In this document: positions 12,816 through 25,830 of the stretch, one piece after another
How the letters are laid out: the number at the start of each line of letters is the position of its first letter
Position numbering within the stretch: position 1 is the first letter of the stretch
DNA from: Hydrolagus affinis
Taxonomy: Eukaryota
DNA: 52,276 bases
NCBI GenBank assembly: GCA_012026655.1
Contig: JAAILG010002643.1
Location: 1 to 52,276, forward strand
Reading direction: 5' to 3'
The notes under the pieces: model-generated
The model's input: only the letters and a program-made list of their open reading frames with translations
What the model was told of the DNA's origin: nothing
The model's database searches: none
Translations under genes and position numbers: made by a program

Positions 12816-14059
12816 GGAGCTCTGCCTCATATTGGGTAAAATGGGGCTAATGAGCCCTCTTTGGAGTGTGAGTCTTTGCTTAGAACCACGCTGTTCACTT
12901 CAGATTGCTGGCCTGCGTGCCTATTAAAACCGTGTAGTGCACAAGATAACATAATTTTCATTCATACAGCAATCTGTATTAAAGCATGCCAGCCCATCAG
13001 CACCTCAGAAATGGGCCCATTTCCAACTAGTTTACCTTGGCACCACTTCCTTAATTTATTTCCAGTTCCCACTTGACGCCCTGGCTGGGAGTCGGTGTCT
13101 CTGTGTGTGGTGGCTGTAAATGGGAATAAATATTGTGGCTTGTGGGATACTTTTGAATTTCAGTGTCATATGATTCATAGATTCCAATGGTTTGATGTTT
13201 CTTGTATTCCATGCTTGCTGCAAAGCACAGTGGTGTAATTGTGTGGATCTGCCTCTCTCACACCTGACAAGGCTCTGTTCATCGAGAGTAATGCATCTTG
13301 TGATTTAAAAAATTGTACCTAGTTGGGTGATTGGCACTCTAAAATACTCTAACAATGCGCAGTTCCTTTAAGTTTGAACATTTAAAAAAATCTGTAACAT
13401 CTATTCCACTTTTGTGATTATTAGTTTCATTCTGCGCATTTCCTCAATGTTTGTGACTGGGCACATCAATTTTTGTTGATGGTGTGAGGGAAGGGTGAAT
13501 GTGATGGAAGGAGTCTTTTATATCGTGGCTAAAAGGAGAGAAGATTGACAAGCAGATCTTGAATTCATAGTTAACTAGGACTTCCTCTGTGCTTGCTGGT
13601 TGGGTGGGGGAGGAGGCGTAGAGGATAACGAAACCCACTGATATAATTCCCTGGTTCTCCCAACTTCCCCTATTCTCAATGTTCAAGCACACTTGGGGTA
13701 CACATTTCTGCAGGTTGGTAAAATTGTTACTCTTAATTTGTGTGCTTCTATTGGGATTTCCGATTGTAGACCCGAGCCAGCTGTGCCAGTAACTTTATCA
13801 ACCCTCCAGGTTTTCCCTTGTGCCTTGTATTGTCCACATGTGAAGGAACAGTCAATCCTGTTCCAAACTGAGGAATCGCATTAAAAACGTGTCAGAAATC
13901 ATCAGGAGCTTAATTTTCGAGGGTGGATTACCATAACCTTTAAAGTCATTATAGATAATAGGAAGGACAAAACGATTAGAAAAATTGAAATAAGGCAAGT
14001 GGTTTACCAAGGTGCCTTAGAAGAGTATTGTGAGGGTTACATTATCACTGTTATTTCAA

Positions 14060-14177
14060 TCTGTTTCACGCAGAAATTACACAGGCAATCCACTTTACAA
14101 TATATTCTGTAAAGCGCTTTGAGACGTTTCTCCAACGTGATAAGGGGCTATATTCAAACGCAAGGATTATTATTATT
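14060..14177 (+). mobile_element. SINE 3' fragment
   Basis: CACTTTACAATATATTCTGTAAAGCGCTTTGAGACG..GATAAGGGGCTATATTCAAACGCAAGG(ATT)n. Confidence 0.8.
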
Positions 14178-16821
14178 TAAAAGGTAATAAATGCTGCGAC
14201 TTGAATCTTCCATTTATTAAAGAATGCTTCTAGCTAAATCAGGGAAATGGGGGCACTTCTGCTATGCTCATCACAAAGATACAAACCAGATATAAACCAT
14301 TTCCTAAGTAAATTCTTATGCTGCCTTTTATTAAGGATTCCAAAAGCGCCTTTCCTTTTCTCTCCCCATAGGTGTTGGTACATCTTGAATCACTCAGGAC
14401 CCACATGGATTAGATTGCCTAGATCCAGCAACAACCAGACAGGAAAAGATGTTGACATTGCTGACGGGACATTTATTTTCAACCCGATGGTTCACGAAGC
14501 GAGTTGGTTTAGAACTCTTAAAATAGACAATTGCAATTCTTCCTTATTAGTAGAGAATAAAAGTTTCCCCCATCGCGCTCATGAGATGCAAAGAAACAAT
14601 GCATTGAATAAAAGCCATTGGGAGTCGGTATCCAAACTCTTTCAGCATTTTAACCATGTAATCTACTTAAGTCCTTCAGTTTGAGTTTCCAATATGCTGC
14701 TGTCTGCCTCAAAATCTAATGCACCCTTTCAAGTCTGGAGAACCACCTGGTTATCAGGAAATTTCATTTAAACCTTGCTTTGTCACATCTGTTAACTTTT
14801 AAGAAATTCAGACATAAATATAGTAGTCAAACCAGTCACAGACTAAAATTATACTCTAAAACTGCAGAAGATAATAAAATGTGATAAACCTTCGCCTTTG
14901 ATGTAACATCCCATTTAAGGAAAGACTCTGTTCTAGCCTTGTCAGGAAGAATTCTTTTTAATATAGAGTCTCTCACTTTTCGCCTCTCTCACTCTCTCTC
15001 TTATAATGCTTATATTAAAAAGCCTTCAGACTATTGGCCAAGTTAATTCTATAAATTTACCTGTGAGGCTCACAGAGCATGCAGTTCAAAAGAAGTCAGA
15101 TTTGGGGGAAATTTGGAATCAATGAAACTCGCCAAAAAACAAGGATTTATTTAAACATAGTTTTCTAAATTTATAATGTTTATTGTGGCAAAGGGAACCA
15201 TCTGACTGTTGGCAGACACTACGCAGCAAGTTATAGAGCCAGAAATGTGTATGTGTGCTCATCTGGGTTACTTGAGTGCTTGTGGCTAAATCATGTGTGG
15301 ATGTAACGCTGCTAGGAAAATGTCATTTTATTAAATGACCACAAAGAATTTTTAAATCATTCTTTAAACTCGCACTTCAACTTCAACTTCGCTTCAACTC
15401 GCACCGTGCTCCTAATTTCATTTGTATATTTATTTTTGAGGCTGGTTGAAATAACCATCATCTTTTTATTCTGAACACTGTTTCTAATGCTTTCATGAGA
15501 CGAGACGCATTGTTTGCAAGACCTCCTTGGCAGGTTGATTTCCCGGTAGAGATGAAAAACTCTACCTGAACTATTACAGGATATTCAAGACTCCATCTCT
15601 CTTGATTTTTCTATTCCCCTGCAGATCTCTGTCCCACCCCTTTGCCTCTATGGGGTATGGAGCAGAGTAAAGCAGTGCACGTTTTTGCTATATTTCTGCT
15701 ATATGTGTGTTTACACAGCCAGTTCAATTGGAAGCAGTTTTGTTTGAGCTGACACGGAATTACAGCAAAGGTGCAGGGGTTTCAAAGTCATGACTTGATC
15801 CACTGGACTTCCCTGATTTCAGCAACACTGACCGTTTGATTGGGCTGAGAGCGCAGGCTGCCTGTGGCGGTGAGAGAAGTGTGGAATTTTGCTGCAGGCT
15901 GTTCATTTTCAATCAGATAATTATTATGTGCATCGTAAAATGCTAATGCAAAATAGAAGAGCAGTTGCTAAACCATCCCTGTATAACCTGTGTGATTTCA
16001 CCTCATTGAGTTTCCCAGCCTTCCTCAGTCTTTGCTACTTCAATCAACAACATCAAAATTACACTTGTATCGCGCCTTTGAATCGTGCCAGCGATTCAAT
16101 ATATACATATGACGGCAATTCTATTAATAAAGGTTGGGATTGTTTTAAATGAGAAGTTTGCACGTCTTAAACATGAAACAACCCAGTTCTTCCTTCAGTC
16201 TTTCACATTAAAGTGCTGACCACCCAGAGAGAGGCCTGTGAGACTAATCTTAAGGGACTTTACAGAATGTCCTAAAAGCCTTATCAGTTGTGACCTTGAT
16301 TTTCTGGGGATTTGGAAAAATCCCAGGCAAGCTTTACAAAATGTTTCTTTTTAGGACTCTAGAGTGAAGACGTGATCCTTTTCAGTGGGTCATATTATAA
16401 GACCTAAATCCAAGTCACTGAACTTGTACAGTGATTGGAGGGGTGGTGGTGGGGGGTGGGGAGGTGTGCGATAATGGGAAATGGACTTTCTGCCAAGTGC
16501 CTTTGATGTTGGAATTGAGGTCCGTCAAGTCAGTACCTTTAGGATTATGACGGTAACACACAGATTGTGTGGCCATACCTAACCAGAACCTTCAAGCTAT
16601 GGCAGATCCAGAACATGTACAAAGCCAACTAGTTTTTGCTGCGAGGGGTGATAGTTATTTTTATTTCACTTCAGTGCAGGTGCAATACCATAGAAGAAAC
16701 GCAGATAAAATGCAGACCCCGGCTGATTTGGATCAATTAATTAGTGAGGAAATGTGACGTGGTACTGAATCAAACAGGTGGCATGAGATTTGATGCAGTA
16801 TTGTTTTTACTGAGTCTGTTG

Positions 16822-17144
16822 ATAATAATAATAATAATCCTTGCATTTTGATATCGCGCTTTTCACATCTTATCGACGTCTCAAAGCGCTTCGCAGAATA
16901 TACGGTAAAGTGAATTGACTGTATACTTGTGGGCGAAATGTGACAGCCAGTTGCACACAGCAGTGTCCCACAAACAGTCATGGATTGAAATGACCAATTT
17001 TATTGTTGTGGTGTTTTTGGAGGGATTATTATTAGGCGTGTACAGTAAGGAAACTTGCCCAAGGTTTTGCCCTGATCTGCCTGGATTCGAACACAGGTCT
17101 CACGCTTGTAAGGCAAGTGCTTTAACCACTGAGCTACAGGAGCT
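16822..17144 (-). mobile_element. Full-length, fairly young tRNA-derived SINE with L2-type tail and (ATT)n end
   Basis: Minus strand: A box TAGCTCAGTGG (17126-17136), B box GTTCGAATCC (17083-17092), body, then GAAGCGCTTTGAGACG...GCGATATCAAAATGCAAGG(ATT)n. Confidence 0.9.
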
Positions 17145-19046
17145 CAGTTTGGGTGACAATGTTGGAGAGTACAGATTGGTTCAGTCGCCTTGAGCTAAGA
17201 GTCTTCCTCTGCTGTAATCTACCATTTTGACTTCTCCCTTCCCCTTTCATCCCAGAGGTAAAACAGCTAGCAACTCTGAATCTCCTTCAGCATGTATAAA
17301 TGTCACCTTGTTTACAGTGGTCAGGTAGTATGTAATGCTGTAATAAATCAAAGTTGTTGTTGATGTGAATCTTAGGAATATTAATTCCTCCAAATGGATT
17401 CATTATTTTTTGCTCCCTCAACAGTACTTATGGAATATTCTCATTGCAAACTGAAAAGCAGAATGGAAGGAATTAGTCTGGAATTGAGTTGGAGAAAGAA
17501 AGGTTAAATAGAAATAACATACAGCTGTACAATGCATCTATATTCTATGTGATTTGGGAATACAATATGTTGCAGAAGTCTATCTTATTTTCCGCGAAGT
17601 TTGCAGGTCATAAAAACGCTGAGACAATTACCTTGCCAAGACCCAAACTGAAACAGGAAAGAAATAAGATAATTTAAGTGTAACCAGACAAAAGTTAGGG
17701 AGGGCATTTGCGAGTCTGCTAAAATGTGCTAATACTTGTGTGACCTTACTGGATCTGTTGTGTGATTGAAGATTTTGTAATCATCTTTGCAAGTGAGATG
17801 TTGAAACCTATTTCCAGTAGGAATAGTGACTTTGAGGGAAAGGCTGCTGAGGGATTCCTATTGATGTATTTGGGAGTGAAGCACTCTGTGCACTCTCTCT
17901 TCCTAAGACCACCAACTGTTGATGTTGCTCATTATTCTTCCCTTATTAGCCAATTGGCCTACACCTGTTCCAGTTACCCCGACACTGCACTGGTTTGTTT
18001 TTCCTCAGCTCAGTGATTAGAAGGAAGGCAATATCTTTTTAATGTGTGGAGTGACTGCTTCTTTGTACGGTAGCCTGCAAATACAGTGTTTGCTGCTTAG
18101 TTGGAGTGTGTACTGATTTGGGGGTAGTTATCTGTTTCTCCTAACCTCGATTTGCTGCAGGAAATACCACACAAGAATGTGTAGTGGAATAGTAGTGCTA
18201 AGCAATATAGCGTTAATGGTGTCCTTTTATCTTTAGAAATGCACATTTTTTGGTGGAGGAAAGGCAACTACAGAAGCTTTTGCATCAATATTGCGGACTC
18301 CGATCCCTAAGGGCTTTTAGTTCAGATCTAAGCTTTGACTGCCTTTAAACTATGTTCAACTTAATTGGCGGATAGGCCAGGGCACTGTAGCAGAGTGCTA
18401 CCTCTCAGTGGGTGGAGGGAAGATGTGGGATCACTCGTGTGATTTCTCACCACCCTCTCCCCCCACCCCCCACCCCCCCACACACGACTCACAACACACA
18501 CCAACAAACATAAGCACAATAAGTGCTTCCTTTCTATGATGGTTGAGATATTGTGTCGACCGATCTGTTCTTGTTTGACTTAGCTACAAACACGAATACT
18601 TTGGCAATATTTGTAAATATGTACAAACAGTGGATTCAGTTTCAGGGATGCTGTGGCTAGCAGCAAAGTGTAATAACTGTTGCATAGTAAAAGTTTCAGG
18701 CAGGGGTAGGGGTAGACAGACCCATTATCCAACCCATACAGTTTCCCAACAGATTCCTTTGTTACACACCATCTACAGCATTTTACTCCTTCTTAACAAT
18801 TCAGAATTATTTTAATTTCCAGGAATTTGGGCAGCTCCTGTTTGTGAGCAAACGCATTGCATCACATTTATTTTCCAAAAACAAAGGCACGCCTTGCCTG
18901 GAAGCTATTTTTGTCAAATAAGCACTGCTTAAATATATTGTTCTTCTTTTACATCTGGGCTATTTTGGGATGTTTTACGCTAATATAAAACAGTTATTAT
19001 GTATTATGTACTGCAGGCACATAATTATTTGGGATTTGTTTTACAG

Positions 19047-19104
19047 GGTTCAACTGGTGAATTTGGCAGAGAACGATACAGTGAAGATCATTATCCTTTG
19101 GAAG
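19047..19104 (+). CDS. nkd1: nkd1 coding exon (about human exon 4), GSTGEFGRERYSEDHYPLE(V)
   Basis: Acceptor ttttacag (AG 19045-46) and donor gtaact at 19105. The 58 nt exon starts in phase 0 and ends in phase 1, matching the next exon to give ...PLE-VALPPEK, the NKD 'LEVALPPEK' motif. It is short and divergent, so it is less certain than the later exons. Confidence 0.82.
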
Positions 19105-20699
19105 GTAACTTGTGAGCACATTATAAAAGGTGTAATAGTTTGTCAAGTTACCTTTTCCTCATTTCTTCCTTTAAATCTCCTTGGGTTACTTTCTCCTCCC
19201 ACAATAGTTTTGAGATTTGATGAGAAAAGTGTATATGCATCTCTTTTGCTTGTGTATTTATGAAGCAGAAACACTATGTAAGATGCATTAATTGGCAAAG
19301 CAGAGCTGTGTGGATTGTGAAATCCACAGGTTGGATAGTCTATTAAAACCGCAGTTACAAGCAAGGTCACTGGTGGAGGACCTGTAGCAAATTGGAAGAC
19401 TTAGTCTTAACTCCACTCTGCTTCCTACGCTGCAGCTTTAAAACACTATTGTGACATTAATGTGTGAATTATTCAATGAGACATTTTATAGAGAATAAAT
19501 TAGCTTTGTACATACGCTTTCTTTAACAAAAAGTGCTGTTTCAAGAAAATCCATCAGGAGAATAAAGCAGCCTAACCTTAAGTCTGGTAGCTTGGGTGTT
19601 AAATGACTTCCACAGCTGTCTAATTGGGTTCATGTTTTGATGTGAAGTGTTGAGCTGGGGCCTGGTAATGTTTGCTAAGTCAGCGATATCATATGGTTGT
19701 TAAATTGGTGACATTGCAGTAAATGTGTAAATCTGGATGGCCTGCTTATTGCCCAGCTCTGTCTAATTTCTGCAGCTGTGAATGTGCCTTGTTGCACTCC
19801 ATGCAGATACAGGGGTCTCAGTCACATTTACTGTATCATGAAGTGAACATTTTGAAGTTATATATGGAAATGACTTTGTAATAAAAACTCTGAATGTATC
19901 AGTACCCCAGTATACTTCGCGGAATTAATTTTTATTGCTTTGCACAATATTTTTATAGTGACATAAAATAGATCACTGTCACTGTAAACAGTTCAATTGG
20001 TGTCAAGCTGTATTGTATATATAGTGACTGCCTATATTCCGGAAGAGTGAACTACCATTAAAATCGAACCCTATTCCCATAACAAGTAGAACAACTGAGT
20101 GCAAACTTCTTAAGTTTACAATTTTGCTTGGATGTCAATGGGAGTCAAAAATGTAATGGTGCTATCAAGTATTTAAATGCAATGAGAGAACAGTGTATCT
20201 ATCCATAGAATCCTTGGTGGAGTTGCTTCAGGGAGCTCATTCTATGAGCCTACCTATGATAAGTTCCCATTCCTCCTTCTTAAATTCATTAGAAATCTCC
20301 ACCTGTTAAATGAATGGAGAGTGAAGTCTTTCCACTATCACAATATACTGATGATCACATTGATCAGGCAAAGTGTGTCAGGTGGAAGAGTTTTGCATAA
20401 AGAGTATACAGTACTGTATACTTGTGTAATAAGATACAAGAAAAATTAATTGGGCAGACAATAGTCGACTGTATATGTTCCAGGAAGGAGAGGCAATGGA
20501 GGATATAGTGAGAAGATGAGTAACTGGATTGAGAATTATTAAGGAGGCAGGATTCTTGGCTTAATTAACTTTTCCTGACCAAAAATTCTTGTGTTTAAAC
20601 AACTTGCCCCCGTCTGTGTAGGTGAAACATTAATGCTGAGGCTCATCTTCTAGGAACAGACAAAGGGGTGGGTAGCCAGACAGGTGGAGAATTTTAGTG

Positions 20700-21125
20700 A
20701 TAATGACAATAATTATCCATACAATCGATACAGCACCTTTCACATTGGGAGGACATCTCAAAGTACCTCACTGAATTTACTGTAAAGTATAGTGACTGCG
20801 TATTTTGTAGGTGAATGCAGCAACTAATTTGCACACAGCGCATTGTTCCACAAACAACCAAACAGTGAATGATCAATTTAACCTGGTGGGCAATTGGCCA
20901 GAACACAATACTGGGAGAAACTTTTTTTTGTTGCAATAATGCCATGGGATTGTTAACATTCATTTGAACAGGTAGAAAGGACCTCGGTTTAACCTTTCAT
21001 CCAAAACACAGCACATGCAACAATGCAATGCTTCTCCCAGCACTGCACGGCAGTGTCAAGACTCCCTGACAAACTCTCGATATGGGGCTTGAATCCAAAA
21101 ACCTTGTGACTCAGAACTGAGCCAG
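20700..21125 (-). mobile_element. DeuSINE/SacSINE1-like SINE, near full length
   Basis: Reverse complement shows TCTGAGTCACAAGG..GGATTCAAGCCCC head, GTGCAGTGCTGGGAGAAGC, GGATGAAAGGTTAAACCGAGGTCC, ATCCCATGGCATTATT, TGTGTGCAAATTAG and the shared 3' tail. Confidence 0.85.
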
Positions 21126-23370
21126 TTTGCTACTTGATGCCTGCTTTCAGAACGTACTAAAATGTTGGGAATGAATGTTCCATGTTGTAGAATTAATAGG
21201 TTGAGGGGTTGAGAAAGCCACAAACCTCATGGGGGTAAAATTGATTTTCAGCCACAACAAAAGTAAAACAAGAAATTCAAGGCAAAATTAGATGATCCCC
21301 CTTCATGCTAAATACATCCAATTAAATACATGCAAATTTGGCCAGTTGCAAACTAGATTATATCTTACTGAAACACTATACTGTATATTCTATCTTTTTT
21401 TTCCTTGGAGTCCATGTACTGTGATATATAAACTTGTGGGTATTCCTCAGAAAGAGCTTATTTATTAGAATTGATATTAAAGGAAAGAGTGACTATCCAC
21501 ACAAGAAAATATACCGTTGCCAAATATGATAATCCTACTGTATTGCATAAAATCATTTAAGCTTGCATAAGCCTGACAGAAATCTTTACTGATATAAAGC
21601 ATAACTCCTTCTATTAAATGGCTTGATGTATTGCTTTTGAAGGTGTGAGGTGGATTCTTGGGAGACATTTAAGGGAATCAGAGGGAGATATTTTATTGAA
21701 AGAAATTTGACCCTGTTACTGCACAGTTGTGTGGGTAACAGAAACGAGTGGAGTGGGTCCCACCAGTTCTGTCACTAGCTAATACTGAATAGTGTCGAAT
21801 GATAGCAGATCCTCTTAACGTAGGGTTATGAATTTCTACCATTCAGTTTTCACACAAAGCCCTACTCATTGGTGATGATAGGAGCATTAAGAGTGCACTT
21901 GAGTGAAGTTTGCTGAGTGAATTCACCTTTTTCCAAATAAACAGGGACACAGATGATTCTTTTACCTACAAAGTACAGTGGCGCAACACTCTTACGGTAA
22001 ATATTTTGAAGTGCTTTGAAAGCCTTTGACGAAATGTCAAAAAGAAGGACTATTAGTATTCTGACTGAAAATATGAGGACAGTCGTTGGGATTTATTGGC
22101 AATATTCATACAATAGGCGAGAAGCATTAATCGTTGACCTCTTCAAAATTATTTTTGCTCCACAAAACACTGGAGAGTGAAACCCCATCTCCTCACGGCC
22201 ATCTGTTTGACTCTGCAGTCCTTTTTTGTACTTTGATGGCTTTCTGAACTCACTGACCCGAATCCGACCCTGCAGAGTCTTCAATTAGGGCTTCCCACCC
22301 ATTTCACGAAGATTGTAAATTAGATCCCACTTTTAGGATTAAATCTCTTGTTTCAATGAAACCTATTTTTTTTACTGCTACCTTTTGAAAGATGAAACTT
22401 CATAAAGTTATGCAGAAATCAGATAAAATGTCAGTCTTAACATACAGTATCAATGTCAGGTATCCCAACTGTATAAAAATTCCTTAATTCCAAAATCCTA
22501 ATCACGTTTGTTGAAATATAAAACTCTTTACCTTCTATAAGGAACAAAAATCTTTTTGAAGCTTGATGACAAAATGTATAACAACAGCTGCTTTTTTTTC
22601 ACAAAAAAAATGTAAATTAAGCACTGCAGAATAAAGGAAGCCGAATTAGAACTTTAATCAGTTTCATAAAAAGCTTGATACAATCCTTTTTTTTATGGTC
22701 TTGGATGGTAGAAAGGAAAAGCAGTGGATTCCTGGATTAAGGATTTATTTGGCGAGAGATTGGTGCATTAGTGGTCCTTTTGAACTACAGAATGAACAAA
22801 GTAAACATCAAAGCATTGAGCCCTGAGAGCAGAATGTTGACTCAGTGAAACTCCAGCTTAAAGGTTACGACTTCTATCCAGAGTCATGTTTAATAGGACT
22901 AGTGTGGAAAGAAACTGTTCATCTCTTAACGGCTCTTACATCCGGTGCCAACGTTTGATTTTGCTAGCATTCTTGCAGAGGCTGGGGGAGTTTTATTGTT
23001 AGATACAGCTTTTTTTCTCTCTCCACTGCTGCCTTCCTTAATCACACTTCCTGCTTCAGGCAGGACAAAAGGTTCCAGTAACTTGGTTGCTGCCCATGGC
23101 ACTCTGATCAGTCAGACTGCTTCTGAAGAACGGAGATGGCACAGCTTTACTTTTCTGCAGATATTCTGCAAATCAGTCCAAGATCTGGAGGAAGCTGCTC
23201 TTTTGGTGGCAGTCAATTTGGATCAAATCAAAATGAAAGTCACTTTGGTAGCAAACTATCTATTGCTTAAACTAGTGAAAGCTCTTCACTTGCTGTTTTT
23301 TTTCATTAAGCGTTGGTTACTGCAATAATTTCCTTTGCATTGGTAATGATGATTTTCTACACTTTTCAAT

Positions 23371-23500
23371 ATAATAATAGTCCTTGCATTTGTTATAGTG
23401 CTTTATCAGGTCTTCCATACGTCTTAAAGCGCTTCGCAGAATACTGTATACTGTTAAGTGAATTGACTACATTTGTGGGTAGAAAAACATGCTATACATT
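23371..23500 (-). mobile_element. SINE 3' fragment
   Basis: ataataatagtccttgcatttg...aaagcgcttcgcagaatac...gtgaattgact matches 16822-16930. Confidence 0.8.
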
Positions 23501-23759
23501 ATGTACAAAATCTGATCAGAGTTCCAGGACTTCAGCAACTTGTTTACGCTAAACAGCTTGTAATGTATTCATTGAAAAATTATTCAAACCTTGAATATTT
23601 ATTTCCTTATATAATGTGGCAACATGAGCTCAACCAAACAGCATTTATGCGACACTGATGTTGAGTGTGGGGGAGACTAATAAACAGTTGGATTAAAAAA
23701 TTAAATGGGATTTTAGTTTATTGGAAACAACGCCGAAGAATTTGATGGTTCTAGGTAGA

Positions 23760-24670
23760 TAGGTCACTAAAACTATTTGCAAAGCGTGGAATAAAGATAG
23801 GAAACAGTGTATTGTGTGTACTAAGGGGGTGCAGTATTATACACAGGAAAAGATATACAGTACTGAACTTGAACAGACATTGATCGGACTCACCACTAAA
23901 TACTGGATACATTTCCTGTCACCATTTTACAATAAGGACATCTCAGTATTGGACAAGGTGTAGTGAAGGACAACTAGATTTGATAGCTGGAATTAGACAC
24001 AGTGAGTTATGAGGAGAGGATGCAGGAGCTAGGAATGTTCACACTAAATGGCTCAGGGATTATCTTAATTAAGTATTCTGGATCACAAAGGACATGGATA
24101 AATGAAACCCTAATGATATGTTTAGCACGGTAAACAAACGTGCAGCAAAGACATATGACTCAAGGTTAGAAGGGGGAAATGTCATCCTAGCTCAGTTGCT
24201 AGCAATCTTGCCGATTGATTCAGAAAGAAGCCCCAATTGGCAGGACTTTTAAATTCACAGTCCAGGCAGACTCTCTAATTCAACACTGCTGCCATTTGGA
24301 TGAGATGTTAAACTGAGATCCTGTCTGCCTTTTCAGGTGGATATTAAAGATCTCCCGAGCACTGTTTTAAGAAGAAGGGAGTCTTTCGCTGGCCAAGAAT
24401 CCCCCCAAATAAAAAATATAATCATTCACTTCATGGCTGTTTTGTGGGATATTCCTCCGTACAAAGTGGCCAATCGTGTTCACTTCTAAATGAGCAGTCT
24501 AACTACGCTTTACAGAAACCGTCGATGGCTTTGAAGTGCTTCAATATACAGGATTCATTCATACAACACTCCTATCAAATGCAAGGATTGCGATCATGTT
24601 ATTATTATTTGTTTTGCACAGAGAATGGTGAAAATGTGGAATAAACTACTCAGTGAGAATAGCTGATGTT
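23760..24670 (+). mobile_element. Degraded CR1 LINE ORF2 C-terminal region, split by the SINE at 24181-24610
   Basis: Decayed translation ..HFLSPFYNKDISVLDKV..RTTR..SYEERMQELGMFTL. After the SINE it resumes as (F)AQRMVKMWNKL (CR1 motif FFxQRVVxxWNxLP). Confidence 0.8.
24181..24610 (+). mobile_element. DeuSINE/SacSINE1-like SINE inserted into a CR1 remnant
   Basis: TAGCTCAGTTG head, GGATGAGATGTTAAACTGAGATCCTGTCTGCCTTTTCAGGTGGATATTAAAGATC core, tail ATCAAATGCAAGGATT...ATTATTATT. Confidence 0.85.
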
Positions 24671-24719
24671 GGCAGACTGGAAAAAAGATTTGGTGTCTTA
24701 TTACTATCTACAGTAGTTA

Positions 24720-24860
24720 CTCCTGAGGAGTGCGTGCAAGGATGAGAAGGTGATCCCAGGATCAGTCTCAGCTCTGGTGCCCCCCTATGGTCACAAAGCT
24801 TGTCAACGCCTGCTGTTTAGTCTTGCACATGAAGAATAGATGTTAGCAACCAGTGGGCAA
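24720..24860 (+). mobile_element. AmnSINE2-like 3' fragment
   Basis: CAGGATCAGTCTCAGCTCTGGTGCCCCCCTATGGTC..TGTTTAGTCTTGCACATGAAGAAT. Confidence 0.5.
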
Positions 24861-25229
24861 GAATCCATATCCAAAAGACAACAAGGGCGAAAATGTGATT
24901 GGGTGTGGGGGATGGGGGAGAATAAAAACACACGTGAGCTACTATCTAAGTTTCCTTTTGTTAGAATTTGCAGAATAGTAAAAAAAGAAAAAAAGATTTA
25001 AAGTATTTCTGCAATTTAAGTTTTTTTAATTTATTTCAAACGGTTTTTGTCTTTTTTAAAAAAAGGAACATCCAGGGTTCCAATTCTTATTACTGTAATT
25101 CTTATTTGAAAGATAAGTGTGTGTGGGTGTTGTGGGTTGTGGTGGGGGGGGATCAGAGAGTGATACAGAGATCAGGCTCAAAGACTGGAATAAATACACA
25201 TTTAAGGATTGTCAATGGAAGTTGCTGGT

Positions 25230-25830
25230 GGCAAATTAAACACTGCACAACATTTCAAAACTATCATTTGCAGCTGTAGTTCTTTTCTTATCAAAGGCAG
25301 AAGTTTGTCTTGTCTCCTCGATTTAAAAGTTTAAAAGCATACTGAAGTATTTTGGCTTTAAAGGCACAATTGATCGATCAGTTGTGTGTGCAAGACATAA
25401 CAGGCTTTCTAATCTGCAGCCAGTTCAAGTTCAATCAATTGACCCCTCTTAAGTACATTCCCCCCCCTCCCCCCCATCAATGATTTTAAAGTTTTGCATG
25501 TTGAAAAGCTCTGAGGAATTATTTTACTGATTTACTCTACAGAGTTTGATTTAATGAGTGCTCTTTAAATATCAGATCACAATGGCAAGATCACACAGCT
25601 CTAAGTAACTCAGAAGAAACATGCTGAGAACATTTCTGCTTCAGCTTTGGAGATGGGTGGGGAGAATCTGCTTTGATCTTCAAAAAAAAAGTTCTGTTCA
25701 ATCTTTTGGCTAACATGGAAACTGTGTTTAAATTTTAAGTTAATTAGTAATTCTCTTTAATTCTGTCTGATCTGCAGCCAAAATGCATTTTTTTTAGCAT
25801 GAGAATAGAACATCAAAGAGTTTCAAGTGA
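25230..25830. promoter_or_regulatory. Candidate intronic Wnt-responsive enhancer
   Basis: TCF/LEF motifs TATCAAAGG 25289, GCTTTGATC 25670 and ACATCAAAG 25810 in sequence without recognisable repeats. Confidence 0.4.

Noticed and set aside
16438-16464. G/C homopolymer tracts as functional G-quadruplexes (also about 4284, 5521, 18455)
   Set aside because: Such tracts are common low-complexity sequence, and nothing here points to function.
17075-17144. tRNA gene (Val-TAC-like) on the minus strand
   Set aside because: The acceptor stem does not close properly and the sequence runs directly into a SINE body and tail, so it is a SINE head.
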